Below, one piece after another: positions 62,716 to 64,000 of a stretch of 64,000 nt of DNA. Source of the DNA: Amoebophrya sp. A120. Lineage: Eukaryota; Protista; Dinoflagellata. The translations under genes and the position numbers were made by a program. A model generated the notes under the pieces. The model made no database searches. It was given only the letters and a program-made list of their open reading frames with translations, and had not been told where the DNA came from. Location: contig CAJINV010000001.1 of the NCBI GenBank assembly GCA_905178155.1, positions 15,128,142 through 15,192,141 of the forward strand. The letters run 5' to 3'. Each line of letters starts with the position of its first letter. The first letter of the stretch is position 1.

Positions 62716-64000
62716 ATGAAGCGGTCGCGGGAGCGAACGCGGCGACGGGCGCCCGACGGCAGCCTTTTTCGCTTCGACAGTCCACCCCGGGATGCGCAAG
62801 GAAATCTGATAAGCAGCACGAGCGGCGGCAAACAGCCGTTCCCCTTCAATATCTGGCAAGTCCGTCCAGAGCCGATCGTGACAAACTTCTCGAAACTGAA
62901 GAACGTGATTGCCGCGGACAGTTCGCTTTCTCTCGCGGTGGATTATCCTGATTAAAAGCGTCCCCACACCAGAGTCAAGATGGGGATTTTGCAACACAAA
63001 CCTAGGAGTTTTGGGAGTCACGCATGACAAGTTTCAGTCCGTAAGGTAGTGCAAGTTAGCAAGGAAAGCCGCATCACAAATCGACCTGCTAATCCTGTTT
63101 ACAGCATTACAAGTTCCCAAACAGGATTGAAAATGCCTGTCATGGGGTTGCGCATCACAAATGTTCCTGTCATGGCAAATCTGCATGACAACTCTGGGGT
63201 GGGGACGTTTTTACACAGGATATGGATTGCCAGATGGCGATGTCGGAGCTGTACGTCGGAAATCTGCCGCCCGGAATAACCCCCGATATCAAATGTAAAA
63301 ATGTCTGGGTCTGGAAGAATGCAACTTGTGATGCTAGTTTCGATGTCTAAAAAATTTGTGTTGCATGAGCAGGAAAAGGAGTCTAATTTTTGCTACGCGG
63401 AGAGGGCATTTGTCATACGGAATGGGCATCAAGAATCCCCCAAAAAACCTGTGATGCTAGGGCATGCATTACAGGCATCATGGGTCATGAGATGACAAAT
63501 TTTGCATTCTTCCAGACCCAGACATTTTTGCATTTGATACCCGAGCAGTTAAAGCAATTCATAAACCGCTGCGCGGCGGTGCTCGGGATTGGACCGCAAG
63601 CGGGACTAGTGACCGCTAGCAACTACGAAGACACGTCAGACGAGAGCGGGGAGAGCGAAGGGGAAGATGGGCAACCGGCGAAACAATTTGCATTCGGGTT
63701 CTCCTCCTCCAATGGGCGCAGCAGCAAGCAGACGAAGACGCCGACGGGCGTCGTCGCATCCGTGGCGATGGCGTCGAAGGACCGAAATTTTGCGTGGGTG
63801 ACCTTCAGGAAGGACAGGTACGCACTTTTGTCTCTGCAAATGAGCGGCATTTATTTGTGCGGTAAGAAGCTAAGGTTCGGTCGGACCTACGCACAAATTC
63901 GTTTACGTGAAACAAAAAACTCCCTGCCCCACGACCATGCTGCACTTTGCGGACACTTTGCTTCGCATCTTTTGCAAAATACTGAAATCAAATGGGACAA
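62716..64000 (+). CDS. U2AF65-like RRM splicing factor, 3'-partial
   Basis: RFDSPP. After two introners are removed: ELYVGNLPPGITPEQLKQFIN...DRNFAWVTFR...MSGIYLCGKKLRFGR. Confidence 0.65.
62944..63222 (-). mobile_element. Introner family C (279 bp), inverted
   Basis: Near-identical to 26263-26541. TSD tggat. Removal gives LAVD|CQMAM. Confidence 0.93.
63287..63539 (+). mobile_element. Introner family B (253 bp)
   Basis: Family B TIRs. TSD cccga. Removal gives GITP|EQLKQF. Confidence 0.93.

Noticed and set aside
7080-63539. Interpreting introner-bearing genes as transposon-disrupted pseudogenes
   Set aside because: The exons show no other stops or frameshifts, and conserved motifs are restored exactly even in genes with five insertions. 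Final proof needs transcripts.
1-64000. Autonomous transposase or dedicated splicing enzyme for the introners
   Set aside because: No DDE transposase, recombinase or reverse transcriptase ORF is recognisable in this window.

Overview
Gene-dense eukaryotic DNA, most likely from an Amoebophrya-like parasitic dinoflagellate (Syndiniales). This assignment is inferred from the intron type, the one-strand gene layout and a relic dinoflagellate spliced leader. About 16 protein genes, all on the + strand, include IFT27/RABL4, a GT34 glycosyltransferase, Prp28/DDX23, an AK8-like kinase, an FkbM methyltransferase, RBMX2/Snu17, an extended-synaptotagmin-like SMP-C2 protein, a DTW protein, a peroxisomal-type Lon protease, a BK/Slo-type K+ channel, two tandem EF-hand paralogues and a U2AF65-like RRM protein. 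The dominant signal is 22 MITE-like introner insertions from at least 8 families. They run TAT...ATA (one copy ends GTA), have terminal inverted repeats (TIRs), and are flanked by a 5-bp target-site duplication (TSD). Nearly all lie in coding exons, in either orientation, and only 2 can be read as GT-AG. In 20 cases, removing the element plus one TSD copy restores the reading frame exactly. Unrelated families share a GCAT(C/G/T)ACAA motif. One introner has grown to 5.7 kb by taking up a nested TIR element with an 8-bp TSD and a palindromic minisatellite. Also present are a spliced-leader relic before an intronless gene, a candidate structured RNA and a 314-bp tandem array. All coordinates were read by eye and no searches were run.
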